Source: Gemmatimonadaceae bacterium
GTDB lineage: Bacteria; Gemmatimonadota; Gemmatimonadetes; Gemmatimonadales; Gemmatimonadaceae
Assembly: GCA_040901985.1 (NCBI GenBank)
Contig: JBBDYC010000009.1
Coordinates: 184,634 to 248,633 of the forward strand
DNA: 64,000 nucleotides
Reading direction: 5' to 3'
Shown in pieces: positions 54,822 through 64,000 of the stretch. Positions within the stretch are counted from its first letter, which is position 1. Each line of letters opens with the position of its first letter. A program made the translations under genes and the position numbers. The notes beneath the pieces are model-generated. The model did not search any database. It saw only the letters and a program-made list of their open reading frames with translations, and was not told the origin of the DNA.

Positions 54822-56878
54822 CGCGCGGCCTCTCCCTCGAGGTACGTGTATCCCTCGAGCCCGGCGACGTACTCGGCAATGAACATGTTCGCCTCCTCGC
54901 GGGTGATCCCCTGGGCGGCCTGCACCTTGCGCCGGAACGTCGCCAGCAGGTCCGACGCGCGGAACTGCACGTAGTTCAGCACCTCGGTCACGGTGTCGCC
55001 GTGCACGAGGTGCGTCACCTCATAGGCGTCGCCGTGGAGCCGGATATGTACCGCGTTGGTGTCGCCGAAGAGGTTGTGCAGGTCGCCGAGGATCTCCTGG
55101 TATGCGCCGGTGAGGAAGATGCCGAGGATGTACGCCTCGCCGTCCCGGAAGACGTGGAGCGGCATTGACGGCTCGCCATCGCGCCCGCCGATGAACCGGT
55201 CAATCTTCCCGTCCGAGTCGCAGGTGACATCCTGGATCGTCCCCCGGCGCATCGGCGCCTCGTCGAGCCGGTGGATCGGCATGATCGGGAAGAGCTGGTC
55301 GATCGCCCAGGTGTCGGGGAGGGACTGGAAGAGCGAGAAGTTCGCGAAGTAGCGGTCCACCAGCGCCGCGTCGAGGTCGCGGATGATGTCGTCGAAGTGG
55401 TCGCGCTTGGTGCCGATCAGCCGCGTGACGGCGTTGAGCGTGCAGAGATAGAACTGCTCGGCCATCGCCCGCTCGCGCAGCGAGAGGACGCCCGAGTTGA
55501 AGAGCTGCTGCGCGCGTTCCTTGTCGAACGTCGCATCGTGGTAGCTCTCGCGGATGCGACGCATCGAGACGTTCTTGCGCGAGACGGTCTTCAGGTCGTC
55601 GGCCATCTCGTGGAGGAGCGCGTGGTCCTCGTCGGTCAACGTCGGCGCGGTCGGCTCGGCGGCCGACTCGACGTCAATCACGCTCAGCAGCAGCAGCGCG
55701 TGATGCGCGGTCAGCGCCCGCCCCGATTCCGAGATGATGTCGGGCATCGGCAGCGACTCCTCGCGGCAGGTCTCGCCGAGCGTGTACACGATGTCGTTCG
55801 CGTACTCCTGCGCCGAGTAGTTCATCGACGCCTGGCCGGTGGACTGCGAGCCGTCGTAGTCCACGCCGAGTCCGCCGCCGACATCCACCCACTTGATGTC
55901 GAGCCCCAGCCGCCGGAGCTCGACGTAGAAGCGGCTCACTTCCTGGAGTCCCCGCTTGATGAACCGGATGTCGGTGATCTGCGAGCCGAGGTGGAAGTGG
56001 ATCAGGCGGAGCCACTCTGACCGTTCGGCCGCGCGAAGGCGGTCAATCACCGTCATCAGCTGCGCGGCGGTGAGGCCAAACTTCGACTTCTCGCCACCCG
56101 ACTGCGCCCAGCGGCCCGAGCCCTCGCTCGTCAGCTTCACGCGCACGCCGACCGTCGGCGCGACCTGCATCTCCTCGGCCACCTGCAGGAGCACGTCCAC
56201 CTCGCTGACCTGCTCGATCACGATGATGACGGTGTGCCCGAGCTTCTGCCCCATCATCGCGAGGCGCATGAACTCCTCGTCCTTGTAGCCATTGCAGATG
56301 ATCAGGTGGTCGGTGCGCTCACTGAGCGCGAGCACCGCCTGCAGTTCCGGCTTGCTCCCGCACTCAAGGCCGACCCCCGTCCGCTGCCCGAACTCGACGA
56401 TCTCCTCGACCACGTGGCGCTGTTGGTTGACCTTGATCGGATAGACCGTCGTGTACGTCCCCTCGTACTGGAACTCGGCGATGGCGTCGGCGAAGCGGGC
56501 GTGGAGCGTCTCGATACGCGCCTTGAGGATGTCCGAGAATCGGAGGAGCACCGGAAGCCCGACCCCCTGCGCCTCGAGGTCGTGCGCCAGGTCAAAGAGG
56601 TCGAGCACGCGTTCCGGCTGCTCACGGTCCGGGCGCACGACGACGTGGCCGGTGGCGTTGATGTCGAAGAAGCCGCCGCCCCACCCGTCAATCCTATAGA
56701 GCTCGCGCGCGGAGGCGATCGTCCAGGTATCCGGCGCCGGCGGCGCGGGCACGGATGGCGCGGCGGCGACCGGAGCGGCGGCGGGCGCGGCGGCGACCGG
56801 AGCGGCGGCGGGCGCGGCGGCGGGCGCGTCGTCTGCAGCGGAGGTCGGGGCGGATTCGGACTTCGAGGTCGCGGACAT
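54818..56878 (-). CDS. speA: Biosynthetic arginine decarboxylase
   Basis: YPIKVNQ, HFHLGSQ, DVGGGLG, TCDSDG, AYQEILG. Confidence 0.96.
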   Translation of the reverse strand: MSATSKSESAPTSAADDAPAAAPAAAPVAAAPAAAPVAAAPSVPAPPAPDTWTIASARELYRIDGWGGGFFDINATGHVVVRPDREQPERVLDLFDLAHDLEAQGVGLPVLLRFSDILKARIETLHARFADAIAEFQYEGTYTTVYPIKVNQQRHVVEEIVEFGQRTGVGLECGSKPELQAVLALSERTDHLIICNGYKDEEFMRLAMMGQKLGHTVIIVIEQVSEVDVLLQVAEEMQVAPTVGVRVKLTSEGSGRWAQSGGEKSKFGLTAAQLMTVIDRLRAAERSEWLRLIHFHLGSQITDIRFIKRGLQEVSRFYVELRRLGLDIKWVDVGGGLGVDYDGSQSTGQASMNYSAQEYANDIVYTLGETCREESLPMPDIISESGRALTAHHALLLLSVIDVESAAEPTAPTLTDEDHALLHEMADDLKTVSRKNVSMRRIRESYHDATFDKERAQQLFNSGVLSLRERAMAEQFYLCTLNAVTRLIGTKRDHFDDIIRDLDAALVDRYFANFSLFQSLPDTWAIDQLFPIMPIHRLDEAPMRRGTIQDVTCDSDGKIDRFIGGRDGEPSMPLHVFRDGEAYILGIFLTGAYQEILGDLHNLFGDTNAVHIRLHGDAYEVTHLVHGDTVTEVLNYVQFRASDLLATFRRKVQAAQGITREEANMFIAEYVAGLEGYTYLEGEAAR
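56757..56827 (-). repeat. 27-bp in-frame tandem repeat in the speA N-terminus (AAAPAAAPV)
   Basis: About 2.5 copies of GGCGCGGCGGCGACCGGAGCGGCGGCG. Confidence 0.75.
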
Positions 56879-57012
56879 TCCGGAATTGTACGGCCTCCGA
56901 CCGCCGAGTGGTATTGCCGCGACCGGCATCGCGGCCCCCGTACTTGCTCGAAACCACCCGCCGGCGACAACGTATGGTCCACGTCGTGCCCACGCTCCGC
57001 CCCCTCCCGCCC

Positions 57013-57597
57013 ATGAAACTCGTCGCCAGCTACTTCCTCCGCGGCCTCATCCTTACCGTGCCGGCCGCGGTCACGGTCGCCGTCTGCTGGGTCATCTTCA
57101 CGAGCATTGATGGCTGGCTCGGCCTCCCGATCCCCGGCGTCGGGTTCGTCATCACGCTGGCCGCGATCACGCTGATCGGCTTCCTCGGCTCGACCTTCCT
57201 CTGGAACCAGGTCATTGACGCCCTCGAGTCGGCGCTCGATCGGCTGCCCTTCGTGCGGCTCCTCTACAACTCCACCAAGGACCTCCTGAACGCCTTTGTC
57301 GGCGAGAAGCGCCGGTTCGACGCGCCGGTGCTCGTCGAGCTCTCGGCCGACGGCGCCGTCCGGACGTTCGGCTTCATCACGCAGCAGTCGCTCAGCGCGC
57401 TCGGACTGAAGGCGGACGTCGCGGTCTATTTCCCCCAGTCGTACAACTTTGCCGGCCAGCTCGTCGTGGTCCCGGCGGCGCGAGTCCGGCGTCTCGACGC
57501 GATCAGCTCGGACGTGCTCGCCTTCATCGTGTCGGGTGGCGTGACCGACGTCCCCCAGGCCAAGGCGGTGCCTCCCGCCGCGACGCCGACGGCCTGA
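57013..57597 (+). CDS. DUF502 membrane protein
   Basis: FLRGL, LPFVRLLY, YFPQSYNFAG, FIVSGG; alternative GTG start at 56986. Confidence 0.88.
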   Translation: MKLVASYFLRGLILTVPAAVTVAVCWVIFTSIDGWLGLPIPGVGFVITLAAITLIGFLGSTFLWNQVIDALESALDRLPFVRLLYNSTKDLLNAFVGEKRRFDAPVLVELSADGAVRTFGFITQQSLSALGLKADVAVYFPQSYNFAGQLVVVPAARVRRLDAISSDVLAFIVSGGVTDVPQAKAVPPAATPTA

Positions 57598-57624
57598 CCC
57601 CCCGGGCAGACGCGCGGGCGACGC

Positions 57625-57656
57625 TTGACACGTCCGGCGTAGCCCGTAAGCTACGC
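57625..57656 (+). promoter_or_regulatory. Sigma70 promoter with a palindrome over the -10 box
   Basis: TTGACA-16 nt-TAAGCT; GCGTAGC-N6-GCTACGC at 57637-57656. Confidence 0.6.
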
Positions 57657-57747
57657 GGGTCGCCGACGGGCCCGTCCGTCCGCGCAACGTTCGCCAGCCT
57701 GCGGACGTAGCACCCCCCGAACCCTTCAGCTGGAGCGGCAAAGTCCT

Positions 57748-59118
57748 ATGATCGCGAACGAGGCGCGGGGCAATTGGGGTTCCCGGATCGGCTTCATCCT
57801 CGCCGCCGCCGGCTCGGCGGTCGGCCTCGGCAACATCTGGGGCTTCCCGATGCAGGTCGGTCGGGGCGGCGGCGCGATCTTCGTCCTGCTCTACCTCTTC
57901 TGCGTCTTCATCATCTGCTTCCCGATCATGGTCGCCGAGCTCGCGCTTGGTCGGTCGTCGGGCAAGTCGCCGATTGCCGCCTTCGAGGTGACGAAGCCGG
58001 CCACGCCGTGGTGGGTCGTCGGCGCGCTCGGCGTGATGGCCGGCGTCGGCATCCTCTCGTTCTACTCGGTCATCGCCGGCTGGACGCTCGCCTACGTCTG
58101 GTATTCGGCCACCGGCGCGGTCTCCGGCACGCCAGAGCAGGTTGGGAACTTCTTCAGCGCCTTTGTCGCCGACGGCGGCAAGAACGTTGTCCTTTCGGTC
58201 GCGGTGCTCGCCGCCACTGCGGCGATCCTTCTCGGGGGCGTGCGCAAGGGGATCGAGCGCGCCTCCAAGGTGATGATGCCGGCGCTGCTGATCCTGCTGG
58301 TCCTCCTCGCGATCCGCGCGCTCACGCTGCCCGGCGCCTCGGCGGGCGTGGCGTACTACCTCAAGCCCGACCTCAGCGAGATCACGAACGTCTCGGTGAT
58401 CAACGCCGCGCTCGGCCAGGCGTTCTTCTCGCTCTCGCTGGGTATGGGAGCCATGATCACCTACGGCAGCTATCTCTCCAAGTCCACCAGCATCGTGGGG
58501 TCGGCGGGATGGGTGGCGGGGCTCGACACCAGCGTCGCCCTCCTCGCCGGCTTCATCATCTTCCCGGCTGGGTTCTCGATCCTCGGATTCGACCCCTCCG
58601 CCAGCGGCCCCGGGCTGATCTTCGCCGTGCTGCCGCAGCTCTTCGCGACGATGCCCGGCGGCCACCTCTTCGGCACCGCCTTCTTCATCCTGCTCGGGCT
58701 CGCCGCGCTGACCAGCACGATATCGCTCCTCGAGGTGCCGACGGCGGCGCTGGTGGACAAGGGGTGGCCGCGCAAGAAGGCCGTGCTGGTGCTGACCGTC
58801 GTCATCATTGCCCTCGCCGTCCCCTCGGTGCTCTCGCAGGGCGCCGTCGCCGGCCTGACGCGCGTGCCGGGCGTGGAAATGGACTTCCTCACGCTGATGG
58901 CCACCATCTGGAACAACTGGGCGCTCCCGATCGGCGGCCTCCTGATCGCGATCTTCGTCGGCTGGGTCTGGGGTGCCGACAAGGCAATCGCCGAGCTGAC
59001 CGCAGAGGGCGCCGCCTTCCCCGGCGCGCGGCTCTGGTCGGTGCTGATCAAGTACGTCTGTCCGCTCGCCATCCTCTTCATCATCGTGATGACCGCCCGC
59101 GGCATGTTCGGCGGCTGA
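57748..59118 (+). CDS. Sodium-dependent transporter (NSS/SNF family)
   Basis: AAGSAVGLGNIW, FYSVI, GQAFFSLSLG, AALTS. Confidence 0.95.
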   Translation: MIANEARGNWGSRIGFILAAAGSAVGLGNIWGFPMQVGRGGGAIFVLLYLFCVFIICFPIMVAELALGRSSGKSPIAAFEVTKPATPWWVVGALGVMAGVGILSFYSVIAGWTLAYVWYSATGAVSGTPEQVGNFFSAFVADGGKNVVLSVAVLAATAAILLGGVRKGIERASKVMMPALLILLVLLAIRALTLPGASAGVAYYLKPDLSEITNVSVINAALGQAFFSLSLGMGAMITYGSYLSKSTSIVGSAGWVAGLDTSVALLAGFIIFPAGFSILGFDPSASGPGLIFAVLPQLFATMPGGHLFGTAFFILLGLAALTSTISLLEVPTAALVDKGWPRKKAVLVLTVVIIALAVPSVLSQGAVAGLTRVPGVEMDFLTLMATIWNNWALPIGGLLIAIFVGWVWGADKAIAELTAEGAAFPGARLWSVLIKYVCPLAILFIIVMTARGMFGG

Positions 59119-59146
59119 GTCCCGTTTCCCTTCCCTGAGACCGTCA

Positions 59147-60556
59147 ATGAATGAGCTGACCACCAACATCGAAGCGATCGACCGCTGGGTATGGCAGCCC
59201 TTTGTGATGCCGCTGTTGCTGCTTATCGTCGGCGGCTGGCTGACCTATCGCACCGGGTTCGTGCAGATCGCGCGCTTCCGGACGTCGGTCCGGATGTCGC
59301 TTGGCGGCCTCTTCGGCAAGCGCGAGGGAAAGGAGGGCACGATCACGCCGTTCCAGGCGCTGGCCACCGCGCTCGCGGCCACGGTCGGCAACGGCAACAT
59401 CGGCGGCGTGGCGACGGCGATCCTGATCGGCGGGCCGGGAGCGATCTTCTGGATGTGGATGTGCGCCACCGTGGGGATGGCCACCAAGTTCTCCGAAGCT
59501 GTGCTCGGCGTGCACTTCCGCGTACGGACCGCGACTGGAGAGCTCGCCAGCGGGCCGATGTACTACATCCAGCGCGGCATCGGCAACGCATCGCTCGGCA
59601 AGGCGCTGGCGATGATGTTCGCGTTCTTCGGGATGTGCGCGGCGCTCTTCGGCACCGGCAATATGGCGCAGTCGAACACGGTGGCGCGCACCTTCGTCGG
59701 CGCGATGCAGACGATCGGCGGGATCACCGTCCCGACCTGGGTGCCCGGCATCCTGATCACGGTGTCCGTCGGCCTCGTCCTGCTCGGCGGGATCCAGCGC
59801 ATCGCCAAGACGTCGGAGAAGCTGGTGCCGTCGATGATCGTCCTCTACGTGGTCGCGGCGCTCGCCTTCGTGCTTCTGAATATCGACAAGCTCCCCGGCG
59901 TGCTCATGATGATCGTGCAGGAGGCGTTCACGCCCACCGCGGCGGTCGGCGGATTCGCCGGTGCCTCGGTGACGCAGGCCATCCAAGCCGGCGTCAGCCG
60001 TGGCGTCCTCTCCAATGAGGCCGGCCTCGGCAGCGCCCCCATCGCGCACGGCGTCGCCGACGTGAAGCACCCGGTCGAGCAGGGCACGGTTGGCGTGTTC
60101 GAGGTGTTCATCGACACCATCGTCGTCTGCACGATGACGGCCTTCGTCATCCTCGAGTCCGGCCTTTGGACCGACGCCACCTTCCAAGGCGCGAGCGGCG
60201 ACCTCACCGCCGCCGCCCTCGGCACCACCATCCCCGGCGCCTCGGCGATCGTCGCGCTGGCGAGCTTCCTCTTCGGATTCTCGACCCTCATCGGCTGGTG
60301 CTACTACGGCGAGAAGTGCTTCGAGTTCATGTTCGGCTCGTCGCGCATCAAGATCTACCGGGCGATCTTCGTCGCGCTCATCATGGTCGGTTCGGTGATC
60401 TCGGTGCCGCTCGTCTGGGCCATCGGCACGCTGCTCAACGGCTTTATGGCGCTGCCAAATCTGATCGGCCTGTTTGTACTGAGCGGGACGGTGGCCAAGC
60501 TCACCAAGGACTACTTCTCCGGTCGGATGGAGTACGCGGTGAAGGAAGGGTCGTAG
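59147..60556 (+). CDS. Alanine/glycine:cation symporter (AGCS)
   Basis: ATVGNGNI, GGPGAIFWMW, SNEAGLGSAP, FIDT. Confidence 0.95.
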   Translation: MNELTTNIEAIDRWVWQPFVMPLLLLIVGGWLTYRTGFVQIARFRTSVRMSLGGLFGKREGKEGTITPFQALATALAATVGNGNIGGVATAILIGGPGAIFWMWMCATVGMATKFSEAVLGVHFRVRTATGELASGPMYYIQRGIGNASLGKALAMMFAFFGMCAALFGTGNMAQSNTVARTFVGAMQTIGGITVPTWVPGILITVSVGLVLLGGIQRIAKTSEKLVPSMIVLYVVAALAFVLLNIDKLPGVLMMIVQEAFTPTAAVGGFAGASVTQAIQAGVSRGVLSNEAGLGSAPIAHGVADVKHPVEQGTVGVFEVFIDTIVVCTMTAFVILESGLWTDATFQGASGDLTAAALGTTIPGASAIVALASFLFGFSTLIGWCYYGEKCFEFMFGSSRIKIYRAIFVALIMVGSVISVPLVWAIGTLLNGFMALPNLIGLFVLSGTVAKLTKDYFSGRMEYAVKEGS

Positions 60557-60562
60557 CGGCGG

Positions 60563-62698
60563 CTACTTGAGCCAGTAGCCGAACCAGTCGCGGAGGCGGC
60601 CCAGCCGGTCCACCAGGAGCCACGGCTCCCCGGTGCGCGAGAGGTCGTGTGTCGAGCGCGGGTACCGGACGAACTCCACCGGCGTCCCCTGCCGCTTGAG
60701 CGCCGCGAACCACTGTTCGGCGTCGGTCATCGGCGTGCGATGGTCCTCTTCCGACTGGAGGATGAAGGTCGGCGTCCGGACATTCCGCACGTAGCGGATC
60801 GGCGAGAGGGTGTCGTACATCGCCGGATTGTCCTGCGGGCGGCCGAAGAACTCGAACTCGGTCAGCCCCTGGGCGTCGGAGGTGCCGTACCACGACCACC
60901 AGTTGGAGATCATCCGGTCGGCCTGGGCGGCCTTGAAGCGATGCGTCTTGACGGTCACCCACGCCGTCATCACGCCGCCATAGGAGCCGCCGGTCACCCC
61001 CATCCGCGTCGAGTCCACGTCGGGGCGCATCGTCACGACGTCCACCGCCTTCATCAGGTCCTCGTAGTCCTCGGCGAACCAGCGGCCGCGCGTCGAGAAC
61101 GTGAAGTCCGCACCGTAGCCGCTCGAGCCGCGCGGATTCGTGTAGAGGACCAGGAATCCCGCCGCCGCGAGATTCTGCGTCTCGTCGAACCACTGTTCCC
61201 CGTACTGGCTGTGCGGGCCGCCGTGGATGTAGAGCACCAACGGATAGCGCTGGCCGGCGGTGTAGCCAAACGGCTTCATCAGCCACCCCTCAATCTCGAC
61301 GCCACCGACGGAAGTGACCGTGAGGCGCTCGGCGTCCGACCACCCGACCTCGGCGTTCAACGCGTCGTTGAAGCCGGTCAGCCTCCGCTCGCCCCGCCCG
61401 TCCGTGCCGGCCAGGTAGAGCTCGGTCGGCTGGGTCACGCTCGTCGAGATGTACGCCACCTGCCGACCCTGCGCGTCGAATGAGAAGTTGCGGACCTTGC
61501 GGCGGCCGCTGATCACCTCGCGCATCTGGCCCGACCGCGGGTTCACCATATGCAGGGCGCTCCGGCCGCCGATGTCAGCCCACATCGCGATGTCGCCGTT
61601 CGCGAGCCACTCCAGTCCCTGCGGCTCGTACTGCCAGTTCGGCGTCAGGTTGGCCAGCGTGCCGCCGCTGACATCCACCACCATCAGCCGCGCGTTCACG
61701 GTGCGCGCCGGTCGGCCGACGAATGCGATCCGCCGGCCATCGGGCGACCAGGTCAGGTCAGACTCCGTCCCACCGTACGTGGCGACCTTGCGCGGCGTGC
61801 CGCCGGCCACTGGGATGACATAGATGTCGGCGTCGTTGCGCGGTGCCTCGGCGCGCGCGGAATCGTACGGCAGGAGCGACAGGGAGTCGTTGATCGCCTG
61901 CACGACCGAGTCCGGACGCAGCTCGGCGTCGGCGATGAAGGCGATGAAACGTCCGTCGGGCGAGACGACCGCGTTGCGATGCGAGTATGCAGTGCGCGTG
62001 ACCTGCACGCGCGCGGCACCGGGCGTCTGGGTGAAGAGCTGTTGCGGACGGATTGTCGGCGCGGTACGCGGTCCGGGGAGGAATCCCGGGCCGTTGGCCT
62101 TGTAGCGTGCCTCGGTGATGTGACGGCCGTCGAACCGTGCCGGGTCGAGTGGCCTGGTGATCGCGCCGAACGGCGGCCGCGCCATCGGCTGCATCCGGGC
62201 ATAGGGGTCGGCATCGCGCCCGCGTGCGGTGGTATCGGCCATTGCCGTGTCGCCACCGACCGGCGCCGTGAAGACGGCAAACTTGCCATCGCGCGGCCAG
62301 GAGCCGGACGGATAGTCGGCCAACTGCACGGCCTCGCCCGAGGGGGCGTCCATCCGGATCGCCCAGACCGGGCCGCGGCCGCCCGGCCGTTGCGAGTTGA
62401 AAAAGAGGTACTTGCCGTCGGGCGAGAAGCGTGGCGTCGAGCTCTCGAACGCCGGCGCCGTGTAGCGCACCGGCTCGCCCCCGGTCGTCGGCACTACCCA
62501 GACCTCCTGGTGCCGCTTGTTCTCGCGCTCGTTGACCGTCGTGACGGTGAAGGCGACGACGGTGCCGTTCGGGGCGATGGCCGGCTGGGACACCGTGGTC
62601 AGGCGATGCCAATCGTTGGGCTGCATCGCGCGCTGCGCGCCGAGCACGGTGGGGGTGACGAGGACAGCGGCAATGGCGAGGAGGCGCAGCGCAGGCAT
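60563..62698 (-). CDS. Secreted S9C prolyl oligopeptidase/acylaminoacyl peptidase
   Basis: Signal peptide, SPDG propeller repeats, HGGP, GGSYGG, D and H triad residues. Confidence 0.93.
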   Translation of the reverse strand: MPALRLLAIAAVLVTPTVLGAQRAMQPNDWHRLTTVSQPAIAPNGTVVAFTVTTVNERENKRHQEVWVVPTTGGEPVRYTAPAFESSTPRFSPDGKYLFFNSQRPGGRGPVWAIRMDAPSGEAVQLADYPSGSWPRDGKFAVFTAPVGGDTAMADTTARGRDADPYARMQPMARPPFGAITRPLDPARFDGRHITEARYKANGPGFLPGPRTAPTIRPQQLFTQTPGAARVQVTRTAYSHRNAVVSPDGRFIAFIADAELRPDSVVQAINDSLSLLPYDSARAEAPRNDADIYVIPVAGGTPRKVATYGGTESDLTWSPDGRRIAFVGRPARTVNARLMVVDVSGGTLANLTPNWQYEPQGLEWLANGDIAMWADIGGRSALHMVNPRSGQMREVISGRRKVRNFSFDAQGRQVAYISTSVTQPTELYLAGTDGRGERRLTGFNDALNAEVGWSDAERLTVTSVGGVEIEGWLMKPFGYTAGQRYPLVLYIHGGPHSQYGEQWFDETQNLAAAGFLVLYTNPRGSSGYGADFTFSTRGRWFAEDYEDLMKAVDVVTMRPDVDSTRMGVTGGSYGGVMTAWVTVKTHRFKAAQADRMISNWWSWYGTSDAQGLTEFEFFGRPQDNPAMYDTLSPIRYVRNVRTPTFILQSEEDHRTPMTDAEQWFAALKRQGTPVEFVRYPRSTHDLSRTGEPWLLVDRLGRLRDWFGYWLK

Positions 62699-62783
62699 CA
62701 GGACTCCGGTGGCTTGGATGGGACGTGACCGCACGAGCGGCTCACGACAAGAGTGGCGACGGGATGCGAGACTGTCCACCGGA

Positions 62784-63965
62784 CTACGCGCTTGACTGCA
62801 TTCGCTGCAGCACGCGGCCCGCCCGCAGTGCCGCCTCGGCAATCCGCTCCGGGCGCGTGATGAACGAGACGCGAAAGAATCCTTCGCCGCCGGCGCCCAA
62901 CGATGACCCGGCGAGGACAATCACCCCCTCCTCCTCCATCAGCCGCTCGTGGAACTCGAGCGACGGCACGCCCGCGGGAAGCGGCACCCAGAGGTACATC
63001 GTCGCCTTGGGCGCGGCGGCGATGGCGAATCCGTTGGCGCGGAACGCGCTCACGGCCGCGTCCCGGCGCTCGCGGAAGACGGCGACGTTCCCCGGCACCC
63101 ACGCCGTGGAGGCCTTGAGCGCGGCGACCGCCCCCGCCTGCACCGCCATGAACTGCCCCGTGTCGAGGAAGCTCTTCGTCTTGGCCAGCGCGCCGACGAG
63201 CGCCGGATTGCCGCACGCCCAGCCGCAGCGCCACCCGGTCATGTTGTAGGTCTTCGACATCGAGTGGAACTCGATCGCCACGTCGCGCGCGCCGGGGATG
63301 TCGAAGATGCTCGGCGCCACGTAGCCGTCGTAGGTCATCTCCGAGTACGCATTGTCGTAGACCAGGATGATGCCCCGTTCGCGGCAGCGCTGCACGACGC
63401 GCTCGAGGTATTCCCGCGGCGCGATCGCCGCCGTCGGATTGTTCGGATAGTTGAGGAAGAGGATCTTCGCGCGCCGGAGCACGTCCTCGGGGATCTCGTC
63501 GAGCTCGACGAGAAACTCCGTGCGCGGGGTGATGGGATACAGGTAGGGCTCCGCCTCGCTGAGCAGCGTGCCCCCGAGGTAGGCGAGATAGCCCGGGTCG
63601 GGGATGATCGCCACGTCGCCCTTCTGCAGGAACGCCAGGCAGAGGTGCGCGATCCCCTCCTTGGACCCGATGAGCGGGATGACCTCCTTCAGCGGGTCGA
63701 AGCGGTGGCCAAAGCGCTTCTCCATCCAGGCGCTGACCGCCTCGCGGTACGCCACGAGCCCGAGGCCGAAGCCGTACCGACTCATCGCCGGATCCTGCAC
63801 GGCGGCGCCCAGGGCCTGCACCGCCATCGGCGGCGCGGGGAGGTCGGCGTCGCCGGCCCCGAGGTCAATGACGTCCACGCCCCGCGCAATCAGGTCGCGC
63901 TTTTTCTGCGGGATCGTGGCGAGGAGGTAGACCGGGAGGGTGTCGTACCGGGCGGACGTCTTCAC
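62784..63965 (-). CDS. Class I/II PLP aminotransferase (LL-diaminopimelate/AlaC-like)
   Basis: GSKEG, NYPNNPT, DNAY, SMSKTYNMTGWR. Confidence 0.9.
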   Translation of the reverse strand: MKTSARYDTLPVYLLATIPQKKRDLIARGVDVIDLGAGDADLPAPPMAVQALGAAVQDPAMSRYGFGLGLVAYREAVSAWMEKRFGHRFDPLKEVIPLIGSKEGIAHLCLAFLQKGDVAIIPDPGYLAYLGGTLLSEAEPYLYPITPRTEFLVELDEIPEDVLRRAKILFLNYPNNPTAAIAPREYLERVVQRCRERGIILVYDNAYSEMTYDGYVAPSIFDIPGARDVAIEFHSMSKTYNMTGWRCGWACGNPALVGALAKTKSFLDTGQFMAVQAGAVAALKASTAWVPGNVAVFRERRDAAVSAFRANGFAIAAAPKATMYLWVPLPAGVPSLEFHERLMEEEGVIVLAGSSLGAGGEGFFRVSFITRPERIAEAALRAGRVLQRMQSSA

Positions 63966-64000
63966 TACGTTCGGGAGCTGGAGGGTTGGCGGTGGACGCG

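Noticed and set aside
57660..57747. Glycine riboswitch before the amino-acid symporters
   Set aside because: No recognisable aptamer motifs and the leader is too short for a tandem aptamer.
56302..59169. 955-aa minus-strand ORF
   Set aside because: Shadow of DUF502 and the NSS transporter, and off-frame in speA.
63965..64000. 3' end of an upstream minus-strand gene
   Set aside because: A stop codon overlaps the aminotransferase start, but about 11 codons are too few to identify.

Overview
High-GC bacterial chromosome segment, mostly core genome. The gene set and protein styles suggest Gemmatimonadota (inference). In order: partial hexapeptide acyltransferase; carB; GDP-D-rhamnose genes (rmd-like, gmd); an alpha operon detached from spc (rpmJ-rpsM-rpsK-rpsD-rpoA-rplQ-rpmB); pyrF-pyrD-amidase-smpB; tRNA-Leu(CAG); Rrf2 regulator; aspA; trxB; a tightly coupled run of uncharacterised small genes around an orphan 2-oxoacid dehydrogenase E2; a peptidoglycan salvage locus (NamZ, NagZ-AmiE fusion, SSS symporter, BadF-type kinase) with erpA inserted; amino-acid transporters; TonB/ExbB/ExbD; a three-gene two-component cluster; hsp20; peroxiredoxin; tRNA-Ala(UGC); alternative complex III (actABCDEF); trmJ, dedA, sodA, CPA2 antiporter, speA, DUF502, NSS and AGCS symporters, S9 peptidase and a PLP aminotransferase. 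No transposase, integrase, phage gene or CRISPR array was seen. The most striking unexplained structure is three intergenic elements in which 7-bp tandem repeats face their reverse complements around a central hairpin. Also notable: a perfect Rex-type operator before the ACIII operon, a sigma-54 promoter before hsp20, a PmrA/QseB-like box before tonB-exbB-exbD, and several apparently leaderless genes. All calls come from motif recognition by eye; no searches were run.
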